Source: Pseudothermotoga sp. (lineage in GTDB: Bacteria; Thermotogota; Thermotogae; Thermotogales; DSM-5069). Taken from it: a stretch of 37,082 nucleotides of DNA. Numbering within the stretch: position 1 is the stretch's first letter; each line of letters starts with the position of its first letter. The stretch covers positions 1-37,082 of the forward strand of contig JBKBIU010000001.1 of NCBI GenBank assembly GCA_046294065.1, written 5' to 3'. The notes under the pieces were generated by a model. That model had not been told where the DNA came from, ran no database searches, and worked only from the letters and a program-made list of their open reading frames with translations. Below, one piece after another: positions 10,401 through 18,699 of the stretch. A program made the position numbers and the translations under genes.

Positions 10401-11504
10401 GGCTATAAATCGATCGGTGCCATCCCATTGGCAATCAACTACGCAGAGAAAGCCATTTCAATTTATAGGACCAGATCGTTTACAAATGCAGCAGTCTGGT
10501 TGGAGAAGAAGATGAATCTATCTCCAGAAACAAGTGTGTTCAGAATCTTTAATGAATCACTATTAAGAATTGAAGAATCTTCGCAGCAGTTTTTAAAATC
10601 GATACAGGAACAAATAGAGAAAGCCATCAAGAACTCAGTTTTTGTCCAGCACCTTTTGGATGTTCTCAAGGTCACAGATCCACAGGATGAAATCTATACA
10701 ACCATGGAGTTCCTCGTCTCCAAAATAATGAATCTTTTACCAGTATCGTCAGCAGGATTGATGTTGCTTGACTCGCGTGGCAAGATCCTGGAATACGCCG
10801 GTTTCAATGTCGAGCAGATGCCAACAGAGGCGAAGGTTTCTTATACGCCATTTGAAATGTGCAGCGAAATAGAGGTATATGATGGTTTCAAAGTTGTTCT
10901 GTACGTGGCCAATCAAGCTTTGCACCTTGATGAATCATCGGGTTACGAGCTCACGAAAATGGTCCTGGATTTACAAGAAGTGATCCTCTACGCTCTCAAG
11001 AACATCGTAATCTATCATAGGAGCATCACCGACCCTTTGACGGGTTTGTACACACGATGGTACTTTATAACACGATTACACGAAGAATTTGAGAGGGTAA
11101 AAAGATACGGTGGACACTTTTCAGTAGTGATGTGTGATATCGACGACTTCAAGAAAATAAATGATACCTTTGGGCACAGGATTGGTGATGAAGTACTGAA
11201 ATTCATTGCTTCAGTTTTCAGAAGCAGTACAAGAACAAGTGACATAGTGGGAAGGTATGGTGGTGAAGAATTCATATTGATACTTCCCAACACAACAGAA
11301 GACAGTGCTGCCAAAGTTGCCGAAAAGATCTTGCATAAAATCATAGAGACAAACCCATTTGATTTTCGTGTGACAATGAGTTTCGGCGTTTGTGGCTACC
11401 CTGAGCACGAAGTGATTGAATCAGAGGATCTTATAGCCTTAGCCGATAAAGCCACATATATGTCAAAAGAAAGGGGTAAAGCTTGTGTCACAATCTTCCA
11501 TTGA
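7449..11504 (+). CDS. Large multidomain diguanylate cyclase (~1351 aa): N-terminal kinase-like domain, STAND/AAA ATPase, helical/TPR-like region, GAF-like segment, GGDEF domain
   Basis: Walker A GSQRIGKTT (~8184), Walker B IIVDDAH, GLP motif; C-terminal DPLTGLYTR, DIDDFKKINDTFGH.GD, RTSD I-site and GGEEF (11259-11273); GTG 7449 overlaps the nrnA stop (GTGA). Confidence 0.88.
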   Translation: MKLVKFLRETYIGDEHLILNENVYMRLRVIRPEAVGSRKQELTNILASFARIRHPGILVPETYDLRDVPRIYFPYLEGKPVNVENKIERGNFVLFLLNLLRELVHREVAIPVISIDDFLKAENFFMLPPCWVNPDRLPEGKYVFVAPEFIKGQKISVASTVYVFGKLIDSLSDTQEIKQFIFSFIKEDPRERKTHLPAAVYLLNETASSVGLMGLRLTTIHRAEENRILEIVKNNQKDMKTIFIYGSQRIGKTTLLGSISDQLRNEGYPVIWATDLQNFVIGILQFVDDRVLSNLDTQDKEWIEKVALSDRMNASEVVLRVAKILNNLTSVVIIVDDAHEMDLSLKATIEQLQNYSYSAGHTLILASFQKNIPLSYDSLIELEPFNLDKTIEMISAMFMISKNDVEDFGRWIHTVSHGLPGQVVELVRLLVKNNALNIEKNRLVVSQGILKRTDFKQILQLSLGNLIDSGAHLIAILGERFGLKELEYLSLVSSLDISVINTKLAQLIDNGLVYWEEGKYRFIIFDAWQSLYAEIEPQERIRLHDRLASEIQDPAKRAWHLQMLGRKTSAVALYLLTARKELASYHDISVAISLLEEAEKLLEGRESYALNSLKLRALQIKQDSNALERYALALSTKYDFLRYSALVYASKANLAKEMEKENLFESKTDYSKLLKLCCRMRRMLLSGERLPEKLLNKVEILFARLKDTKLHKRLRALTLLLMAQSTRRSSMSNLELLNQAKQIAKNEGFLDVLAAVLNELGTRLAADSESKRLFESVVEIAHKIGSDGLAMVGLSNMIWTSLYRGDVHKMFQDIARLRQLTSITGNIQLEAYSHFIEANFHMYNRELDEALEDYNRELSIERYLGIEERALRGIACAHALSGNIDRAKQVILENIENPAINNQAFVPFRDLFLAQNDMEFLDAWQKFLRKDTPYWSEEACQIFAERLIKIDRKGFIKFAKQLETNAIKSGAFLSLAQVYEGVAIGYKSIGAIPLAINYAEKAISIYRTRSFTNAAVWLEKKMNLSPETSVFRIFNESLLRIEESSQQFLKSIQEQIEKAIKNSVFVQHLLDVLKVTDPQDEIYTTMEFLVSKIMNLLPVSSAGLMLLDSRGKILEYAGFNVEQMPTEAKVSYTPFEMCSEIEVYDGFKVVLYVANQALHLDESSGYELTKMVLDLQEVILYALKNIVIYHRSITDPLTGLYTRWYFITRLHEEFERVKRYGGHFSVVMCDIDDFKKINDTFGHRIGDEVLKFIASVFRSSTRTSDIVGRYGGEEFILILPNTTEDSAAKVAEKILHKIIETNPFDFRVTMSFGVCGYPEHEVIESEDLIALADKATYMSKERGKACVTIFH

Positions 11505-13641
11505 TCTCAAAACAAAGATTGAACAAGTCCTCGCTGAGAATGCAAAATTAACATTCAAGGAACTCCTCAAGGTTCTCGGAATAAAGAGTAAGACACAAAG
11601 AAAGCAAACCAAGACCATACTGAATGAATTCATCAAACAAGGAGTAATAATCAGAGATGCAAGAGGTAGATATCGCAAAATCGGCGAGGACTTGTTTGTA
11701 GGTACCATTGAATTCACACGCCGAGGCAATATGGCATTTGTTGTGATTGAAGATGGTAAAGAGATAGCCGTACCCATCGACAACACAGATGGTGCTATTC
11801 ACAATGATAAAGTGCTAATTGAAATAACAGGAAAATGGAGGAATTTACCACTTGGACGGGTGTTGAAAGTTGTTGAACACCGCATAGATAAGGTAGTCGG
11901 CGTTCTTCAGCTTAAGAGATCTCTGTCTTATGTGATACCTGACGATTCAAAAATTGTTTATGATTTTTTTGTTCCACTGGAGCACATAAATGGTGCAAAA
12001 CCGGGGCAGAAAGTTATTGCTAAGATCACAAAATGGCCATCACAGGGTCGATACCCTGAAGCATGTATCGTGAGTGTGCTTGGTGATGTAGATGATCCCA
12101 AAGTTGATATTCCAAGCGTGATAGCTAAACACGGGCTTGTAGAAGAATTCCCTCAAGAAGTCATAGACGAGACAAGAAATTTACCAGAGCAAGTACTCGA
12201 TGAAGAAAAAAAGGGTAGAAAAGATTTCACCAGTCAAATTGTTTTCACTATAGATGGTGAAGATGCTAAAGACTTTGATGATGCAGTTTCAATAAGAAAG
12301 CTTTCCAACAACAAATATCAACTGTCAGTACATATTGCCGATGTTTCCCACTATGTGAAAGAAAATTCCGCGATAGACAAAGAAGCATTCTCAAGAGGTA
12401 CGAGCGTCTACCTGCTTGACAAAGTCATACCGATGTTGCCGTTTAAACTTTCAAATAATCTGTGCAGTTTAGTTGAGGGAAGAGACAGATTGACATTCAC
12501 AGTCCAAATGATTATAGACAAAGAAGGCAACACTTTGGACTACGAGATATCCTCAAGTGTAATAAGAAGCAAAAAGCGGTTGACATATACCATTGTAAAC
12601 AAATACTTTTCAGGAGATCTATCTGCTCAGAAACAAATCGGAAAAAGAATATGCCGTTCACTCGATTCGATGCGCGAGTTGGCCAAGATTCTTAGGGAAA
12701 ACAGGAGACGCAGAGGTGCAATTCTTGACGTAGAAGGCGGAGAGATCGATGTAGTAACAGACGAAAAAGGCCATGTTGTTGACATAGTACCTCGTAAGAG
12801 AGGCGAAGCAGAAGTCTTGATAGAGGAGTTTATGATAAAGGCTAACGAAACTGTAGCGGAGGTCTTTCACAACGCTGGGTTACCTTTTGTGTATAGAATA
12901 CATGAACAACCAGATCCTGAAATACTGATTCAGTTGAGAGAATATGTGGAAGCGCTGGGATTGAAAATAAAATTTCCCAAAACCGTCCATTCAAGCGTTC
13001 TTCAAAAAGTGCTCGAGGCTGTTAAAGATCACCCTCTCAAATCAAGTGTTGAAAAATTACTAGTTCGCTCTATGAAACGTGCCATTTATTCTGCTTCTAA
13101 TGTTGGACATTTTGGTTTGGCATCTTTCGCATATACACACTTCACATCACCGATCCGAAGGTACCCTGATCTAGTGGTGCACAGGCTCTTGAAATTGTAT
13201 CTAAAGCAAGGTGGAAAATTCACACCAAATCAGATAGAACTCTACTCTCAGCTGCTCCCAAAGATTGCAGAACATTGTAGTAAGCGCGAGAGGGTGGCAG
13301 ATGAAGCCGAATGGGATTTGATCAGTATAAAGAAGGTCGAGTACATAAGTAGGTACATGGGGAAGGTATTCGATGTGGTAGTTACTAATGTGACAAGATT
13401 CGGTTTGTTCGTCGAGATCCCAGAAAAATTGATCTCTGGTCTAATTCATATATCAACTTTGAATGACTACTATAATTATGACGAGAAGAAGAATATCCTG
13501 ATTGGGGAGAGAACTGGACGGATATTCAAGATCGGTGATTTATTAAAGGCAAAGGTTGTCAACGCCAACAAGATTTCCGGTGAGGTTGATTTCGAGCTAT
13601 TGGAGGAAGAGAAAGATGTGGACAAAAGAAATTCAAGGTAA
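11485..13641 (+). CDS. rnr: Ribonuclease R
   Basis: N-terminal HTH and cold-shock domains, TIDGEDAKDFDDAVS, HIADVSHYV, IEEFMIKAN, HFGLA..YTHFTSPIRRYPDL, C-terminal S1 domain. Confidence 0.95.
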   Translation: MSQSSIDLKTKIEQVLAENAKLTFKELLKVLGIKSKTQRKQTKTILNEFIKQGVIIRDARGRYRKIGEDLFVGTIEFTRRGNMAFVVIEDGKEIAVPIDNTDGAIHNDKVLIEITGKWRNLPLGRVLKVVEHRIDKVVGVLQLKRSLSYVIPDDSKIVYDFFVPLEHINGAKPGQKVIAKITKWPSQGRYPEACIVSVLGDVDDPKVDIPSVIAKHGLVEEFPQEVIDETRNLPEQVLDEEKKGRKDFTSQIVFTIDGEDAKDFDDAVSIRKLSNNKYQLSVHIADVSHYVKENSAIDKEAFSRGTSVYLLDKVIPMLPFKLSNNLCSLVEGRDRLTFTVQMIIDKEGNTLDYEISSSVIRSKKRLTYTIVNKYFSGDLSAQKQIGKRICRSLDSMRELAKILRENRRRRGAILDVEGGEIDVVTDEKGHVVDIVPRKRGEAEVLIEEFMIKANETVAEVFHNAGLPFVYRIHEQPDPEILIQLREYVEALGLKIKFPKTVHSSVLQKVLEAVKDHPLKSSVEKLLVRSMKRAIYSASNVGHFGLASFAYTHFTSPIRRYPDLVVHRLLKLYLKQGGKFTPNQIELYSQLLPKIAEHCSKRERVADEAEWDLISIKKVEYISRYMGKVFDVVVTNVTRFGLFVEIPEKLISGLIHISTLNDYYNYDEKKNILIGERTGRIFKIGDLLKAKVVNANKISGEVDFELLEEEKDVDKRNSR

Positions 13642-14368
13642 GAAAGGTTGTGTAATACTTATCCATGGGCTAGGCGAACATTCAAAAAGATATCTTTGGC
13701 TCTCAGAATTACTTCAGAAAGAGGGATATGGTTTAGTCCTCTTCGATTTACCTGGTCACGGTGAGACACCAGGCAAAAGAGGCCATGCATCTTTTAAGGA
13801 TGTTTTTTATTTTCTTGATAAAATGACCAGTTCTCATCCAAATTCATTTCTGATGGGGCACAGCCTTGGTGGTTTGATCGCAGCAAGGTATGCCCAAATC
13901 AATAATACATTGCGCGGATTAATAATCACTTCACCAGCCCTGAAACTTTCAAGAGATAATTTTTTGTTGAGACTCATCGCCGCTTTCTTTTCCTTCGTGT
14001 CACCAGGACTGAGCTTTGACAACGGCATAGATCCAAACGACCTATCACCCAATAAAGAAGCTGTGAGAAGATATGTAGAAGACCCACTTGTTCACAGAAA
14101 GATCAGTGCTCGACTTGCTCACGACATGTTTACAAACTCAAAGATTGCTTTAAGAGAAGCAAGAAAAATAACTATCCCATGTTTTGTAGCGGTCGGAGAA
14201 AATGACAAAATCACTCTTTTAGAAGGTGCAAAACAATTTTTCAACTCCATCAGCTCATCGGACAAGATACTGAAGGTATACCAAGATGGCTTTCACGAAT
14301 TGTTCGAAGATGAAAAAAACGCTCCTCTCTTCATGAATGATTTGATTGACTGGCTGAAAAAACACTGA
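13616..14368 (+). CDS. Alpha/beta hydrolase, lysophospholipase/monoacylglycerol lipase family
   Basis: IHGLGEHS.RY, FDLPGHG, GHSLGG nucleophile elbow, catalytic D (ENDK) and H (GFHEL); ATG 13616 behind GGAGG. Confidence 0.9.
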   Translation: MWTKEIQGKKGCVILIHGLGEHSKRYLWLSELLQKEGYGLVLFDLPGHGETPGKRGHASFKDVFYFLDKMTSSHPNSFLMGHSLGGLIAARYAQINNTLRGLIITSPALKLSRDNFLLRLIAAFFSFVSPGLSFDNGIDPNDLSPNKEAVRRYVEDPLVHRKISARLAHDMFTNSKIALREARKITIPCFVAVGENDKITLLEGAKQFFNSISSSDKILKVYQDGFHELFEDEKNAPLFMNDLIDWLKKH

Positions 14369-15193
14369 TTATTCTCCACCCGCTGCTTCTATACCTTCCT
14401 TCAGAACGTAGACCTTGTTTGAGGATGGCAACAAAGCCAGTGGGTTGACAGTTTCATCTTTTACAAGTACCTCGAAGTGCAAATGAGGTCCCGTGCTCAC
14501 ACCCGTACTGCCCACCCTGCCAATCAAAGTTCCTCTCTCAACATTCTGACCAACATAAACAGTTATCTTAGAAAGATGACCATATCTAATCACGTTGTTA
14601 TTCGACCTTATTTCAACCATCAAACCATAGCCAGATTTTTCTCCAGCAAAGGATACTGTGCCAGAAGTAGATGAAAAAATAGGTGTTCCCTCAGGTGCAG
14701 CTATATCTATTCCCGAATGAAAAGACATTTGTCTATTCACAGGATGAACACGCCAACCATAGGGAGAAGAAATTACACCGTAGACAGGCCATATATAACC
14801 CTTTTCCGTGTTGAAGGCCTTACCTACACTCTTGCGAGGGATAAACAATTTTTGTCCTGGTTTTATAAAATCAGAACTCAACTCATTCGCCAACATGATA
14901 TCACTGACCGTTGTAAAGAACATGCGTGCAATTGTGTAAAGACTATCACCCTGCTTCACAACATAGATATAGCCTTCTGGTTGCGGGATTGTGATCTGTT
15001 GACCTGTTTTCAATTTCAGTGGATTTGATAAATTGTTCCAATCGAGGATAGTTGAAGCAGAGATTTTGAATTTCTTGGCAATGTCATACAAAGTATCACC
15101 TGGTTGAATCACATAATTTACAGTCAGATACCCCCCAAAAATCACCACGGACACCAAAAGAGAAAACAAGATAAACAGTCTTTTCACCCTCAT
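14369..15193 (-). CDS. Exported LysM-LysM-M23 peptidoglycan endopeptidase
   Basis: Signal peptide, two LysM repeats (YVIQPGDTLYDIA; YVVKQGDSLYTIA), M23 motifs HSGID and GPHLHFE. Confidence 0.92.
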   Translation of the reverse strand: MRVKRLFILFSLLVSVVIFGGYLTVNYVIQPGDTLYDIAKKFKISASTILDWNNLSNPLKLKTGQQITIPQPEGYIYVVKQGDSLYTIARMFFTTVSDIMLANELSSDFIKPGQKLFIPRKSVGKAFNTEKGYIWPVYGVISSPYGWRVHPVNRQMSFHSGIDIAAPEGTPIFSSTSGTVSFAGEKSGYGLMVEIRSNNNVIRYGHLSKITVYVGQNVERGTLIGRVGSTGVSTGPHLHFEVLVKDETVNPLALLPSSNKVYVLKEGIEAAGGE

Positions 15194-15208
15194 CTCCCCT
15201 TTTTTGTC

Positions 15209-16249
15209 TTATATAATCTCTACAAGCTTTTCTGGTATCTTATGAGCAGGTAGAACAAAATCAGCATATCCTTCTTCTACAACAGCCTTTGGCATACCGT
15301 ACACGACACAAGTCGATTCATCCTCAGCTATTATCTTACCAGAGTAATATTTTACCTTAAAAGCACCCTTTGCACCATCTTTGCCCATTCCTGTCAGAAT
15401 AACGCCCACGGTGTTGGCTTTATAAATCTCTGCAACTTTCATAAGAGTGAAATCAACAGCTGGTCTGACGTTGTTTATTTTTTCCGATTGATCCAAAAAG
15501 ATTTTAACTATATTACCTTCAGCTCTGACTCCCATGTGATAATCACCTGGAGCAACATAGACAACTCCTTTTTTAACAACTTCAGAGTCCTCGGCTTCCT
15601 TAACCTGAAGATTTGAAAGAGAGTTCAGGCGCATTGCAAGTGATTTTGTAAACATGGGTGGCATGTGTTGAACTAAAAAAATCGGCGCTGGAAAATCTTT
15701 TGGCAGCGCCGGGATGACCTGGTCCAACGATCTGGGCCCACCTGTCGATGCACCTATGACAACTGCCTTTTCGAAAACAGATATTCTTTTCGGACTCATC
15801 GTGACTCTAGATGGAGATGGTTTGGAGAGTAGTTTGGTCGGATCTATATGAACGGCAGCCCTTATCTTTTGAATCAAGACGTCTGAAACTTCTCTAAAAC
15901 TCATAGAGGTGGAACCAGAAGGCTTTGTCAAAAAATCAACAGCTCCTATGGAAAGTGCTGTGATTGTAATGTCTGCGCCTTCTTCAGTTAGACTACTCAC
16001 CATTATGACGCGCGTGGGGAATTTAGCCATGATGTTCTTCAGTGTTTCTATGCCATTCATCTTGGGCATTTCTACATCGAGCGTAACAACATCTGGTTTT
16101 TTCTGACGTATAATCTCAAGTGCTTCCAGACCATCTCTTGCTACGCCGACAACTTGCATATCCGGCTGACTATCTATGATGTCTTTGAGGACCATTCTCA
16201 TGAAGGCAGAATCATCTACAACAACCACATTAATCTTTGCGCTTGCCAC
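15209..16249 (-). CDS. cheB: Chemotaxis response regulator protein-glutamate methylesterase
   Basis: Receiver domain (VVDDS, TLDVEMP, FLTKP) plus esterase GASTGGP, VQHMP, LTGMGKDGA, VVYGMP. Confidence 0.96.
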   Translation of the reverse strand: MASAKINVVVVDDSAFMRMVLKDIIDSQPDMQVVGVARDGLEALEIIRQKKPDVVTLDVEMPKMNGIETLKNIMAKFPTRVIMVSSLTEEGADITITALSIGAVDFLTKPSGSTSMSFREVSDVLIQKIRAAVHIDPTKLLSKPSPSRVTMSPKRISVFEKAVVIGASTGGPRSLDQVIPALPKDFPAPIFLVQHMPPMFTKSLAMRLNSLSNLQVKEAEDSEVVKKGVVYVAPGDYHMGVRAEGNIVKIFLDQSEKINNVRPAVDFTLMKVAEIYKANTVGVILTGMGKDGAKGAFKVKYYSGKIIAEDESTCVVYGMPKAVVEEGYADFVLPAHKIPEKLVEII

Positions 16250-16748
16250 GCTTCGTCAACCCTCCGAAAACAACAACCACTGGAAAGAAAATAACATATA
16301 ATAATGCAAACAATCTACCCAAACTCGCTCCCCAATGAAACAAGGCTCTTCCCAAAACAATGAGACCCACTACTACTGCAAATAGAGAATACCACAAAAC
16401 AACTCCAGCTGCAACATCTTTGACAAATTTAATACGTGGGTCATGATTTTGATTGTACACATCCATTATCCCTTCTACCATAGTATTGATCAGTTCCATA
16501 CCGATCACGGAGAAAACGGCAAAAGTAAGCCAAAGCATCTCACCACTTGAAATCTCAAGAAAATAGGAACTGACTAGGATCAAAATTCCTATGGCAAAAT
16601 GTATTTTTAAATTTCTTTCACGCTTTAAGGCTTCTATGAGACCTAAAAATGCATTCTGAAACGATTTAAAAAGATTATTCGAAGCCGATGGTTCTGATCT
16701 TTTGCTCAATCTTGATTTTGAATTCTTTGTTAGTGGTCTGGTAACCAT
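16230..16748 (-). CDS. dgkA: Prokaryotic diacylglycerol/undecaprenol kinase family membrane protein
   Basis: SF..AF.G, ERNLKIH, ELINTMVE, KDVAAG motifs and TM helices; start could alternatively be TTG 16709. Confidence 0.88.
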   Translation of the reverse strand: MVTRPLTKNSKSRLSKRSEPSASNNLFKSFQNAFLGLIEALKRERNLKIHFAIGILILVSSYFLEISSGEMLWLTFAVFSVIGMELINTMVEGIMDVYNQNHDPRIKFVKDVAAGVVLWYSLFAVVVGLIVLGRALFHWGASLGRLFALLYVIFFPVVVVFGGLTKRGKRKD

Positions 16749-17274
16749 AATTGATCGCCTCTATGTTTAACTTCGTGTATTTTTCGGAAATTAATTCATG
16801 AACAGATTTTATCAAGGAATCAAGAGTGACAATTTGTGTCGACCTCACCAAAGCTCCTAAACCTATCATGTTGCCCACCATAGGAGTTCCAAAGTTTTCA
16901 ATAGCCAATTTCTCAAGTGGAATCATAAGTACTTTTTTTGTTCTATGAAAGCTCTGCGGCAGTGTTTCAACGAATGTTGAATCAATCAAAAGGACACCGT
17001 TCGGTCTTATGAACCTTTGGTAAGCTCTCAACGCATCGAGATGCATTATGTACATGATATCGAAATGAGAAGCTTCGGGGAAGTCTATCCACTCATCACA
17101 AATTATAACGTCACAATGGCTTATGCCTCCCCTGACTTGAGCACCATAAAGTTGTGTTTGAACAACATGTTTTCCATCAAAAACCGCTGCTTGTGCAAGC
17201 AACTTCCCTGCAAGTATGTTACCTTGGCCACCTGTTCCTGCCACTCTGATACTCAACGGTTCATGAATATTCAA
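16675..17274 (-). CDS. 2-oxoacid:ferredoxin oxidoreductase gamma subunit
   Basis: AGTGGQG, QTQLYGAQVRGG, NMIGLGA, LNIEAINYG motifs. Confidence 0.9.
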   Translation of the reverse strand: MNIHEPLSIRVAGTGGQGNILAGKLLAQAAVFDGKHVVQTQLYGAQVRGGISHCDVIICDEWIDFPEASHFDIMYIMHLDALRAYQRFIRPNGVLLIDSTFVETLPQSFHRTKKVLMIPLEKLAIENFGTPMVGNMIGLGALVRSTQIVTLDSLIKSVHELISEKYTKLNIEAINYGYQTTNKEFKIKIEQKIRTIGFE

Positions 17275-17288
17275 ACGTCACACCTCCT

Positions 17289-18104
17289 TTACTCTCCTTT
17301 ATGGCTCATGGCAGCTTCATATAGTTCATGAAAAGTTGGTCTATTCTCTTCATGAAATTCTCCAATGATTATCTTATCTTCAAGATCTGTTTCCGACATT
17401 CCCTTAGCTTTGTCCAACATGATGCTGTTTTTCTTGAAATAATCGATCATGGCTGGGGCATCGCCTATCCTGTTGTACCTACCGTAATAGGTATGACAGT
17501 TTGTAACAGCTTCTACAACCGATGTACCTTTATGGCTCAAGGCTTTACTTATGTAGCGTACCAGTAGGGGATAGTGATAGACAGTTGCCCTCGCAACGTA
17601 GGTAGCACCTGCAGCAACTGCCATTTTGACAACATCAAAGGGTTTTTCTATATTACCATACGGTGTCGTTGATGCAATTTTCTCAAATGGTGTTGTGGGA
17701 GAGTTTTGGCCACCCGTCATACCGTAAATCATGTTGTTGAAGACAACAATCGTTATATCTATATTTCTACGACAAGCATGGATGAAGTGATTTCCGCCAA
17801 TGGCAAGAATATCACCATCTCCACCAAGTACAGCAACTTGAAAATCGGGTTTGGCAAGTTTTACACCCGTTGCAAAAGCAACGGCCCTTCCGTGTAGTGT
17901 ATGCAGAGTGTTGAAGTCTATATAACCGGTCGCCCTGGACGAGCAACCTATACCCGATACCACAGCCATTCGTTCACGTTTGATACCAAGATTATCAACA
18001 GCTTGTAAAAAGGCTTTCAGTACGATACCATTTCCACAGCCTGGGCACCATATCGTTGGCCAGTGATCTTGACGCAAATAAGAAACCAGTTTTTCAACTT
18101 TCAA
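17289..18104 (-). CDS. 2-oxoacid:ferredoxin oxidoreductase beta subunit (TPP-binding, KorB-like)
   Basis: WCPGCG, SGIGCSS, LHGR, GGDGD...NN TPP motif, YGMTGGQ; TTG 18104 behind GGAGGTG. Confidence 0.92.
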   Translation of the reverse strand: MKVEKLVSYLRQDHWPTIWCPGCGNGIVLKAFLQAVDNLGIKRERMAVVSGIGCSSRATGYIDFNTLHTLHGRAVAFATGVKLAKPDFQVAVLGGDGDILAIGGNHFIHACRRNIDITIVVFNNMIYGMTGGQNSPTTPFEKIASTTPYGNIEKPFDVVKMAVAAGATYVARATVYHYPLLVRYISKALSHKGTSVVEAVTNCHTYYGRYNRIGDAPAMIDYFKKNSIMLDKAKGMSETDLEDKIIIGEFHEENRPTFHELYEAAMSHKGE

Positions 18105-18621
18105 AGCGTCCACCTCCACCAAAATTGAGTAATTCTACATTGATCTTACAGGTTTTGAAGAAGTAATCGGTCAATGGATCTGGGTAATCCGAAAAGTAAA
18201 CAACCCTCACAATACCAGCATTGATTATGAGCCTTGCACACACTGAACATGGCTTTGTCGTAACATATATCGTAGCGCCATTTGTCGATATTCCAAACCT
18301 GGCTGCTTGCATGAGTGCGTTTTGTTCTGCATGTAGTCCGTAACAAATCTCTTGGTTCCTCCCAGAAGGTATCTTCAAATCTTCTCTTATGCAACCTATG
18401 GAATCGCAATGCGGGAATCCCGATGGGGGTTGATTGTAACCTGTGGCGAGAATTCTGTTCTCCCTTACTATTATTGCGCCTACCTTGCGATGAGTGCAAG
18501 TTGATCTATCACTTACAAGATGACAGATTCTCATGAAATATTCATCCCACGAGATTCTGCTGTCTATTTTCTTTTGAACCTTTACCATTTTTAAATACTC
18601 TACCAAATCAAATTCATCCAT
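18094..18621 (-). CDS. dCMP deaminase (ComEB family)
   Basis: SWDEYFM, RSTC, ATGYN, HAEQNA and PCSVC Zn motifs; ATG 18621 preferred (18642 alternative). Confidence 0.9.
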   Translation of the reverse strand: MDEFDLVEYLKMVKVQKKIDSRISWDEYFMRICHLVSDRSTCTHRKVGAIIVRENRILATGYNQPPSGFPHCDSIGCIREDLKIPSGRNQEICYGLHAEQNALMQAARFGISTNGATIYVTTKPCSVCARLIINAGIVRVVYFSDYPDPLTDYFFKTCKINVELLNFGGGGRFES

Positions 18622-18699
18622 GGCACTAATAATATACAACATTTCTGTAGAAAAGAAAAACGATTACCATATAGGCGAGTAAGCTGAAATTCTCTAAAT

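Noticed and set aside
6481-14368. CBASS/Avs-like anti-phage system (cyclase + nuclease + lipase effector)
   Set aside because: The cyclase is GGDEF-type, not a CD-NTase; neighbours are housekeeping genes in a core operon with no mobility signs. Not excluded, but unsupported
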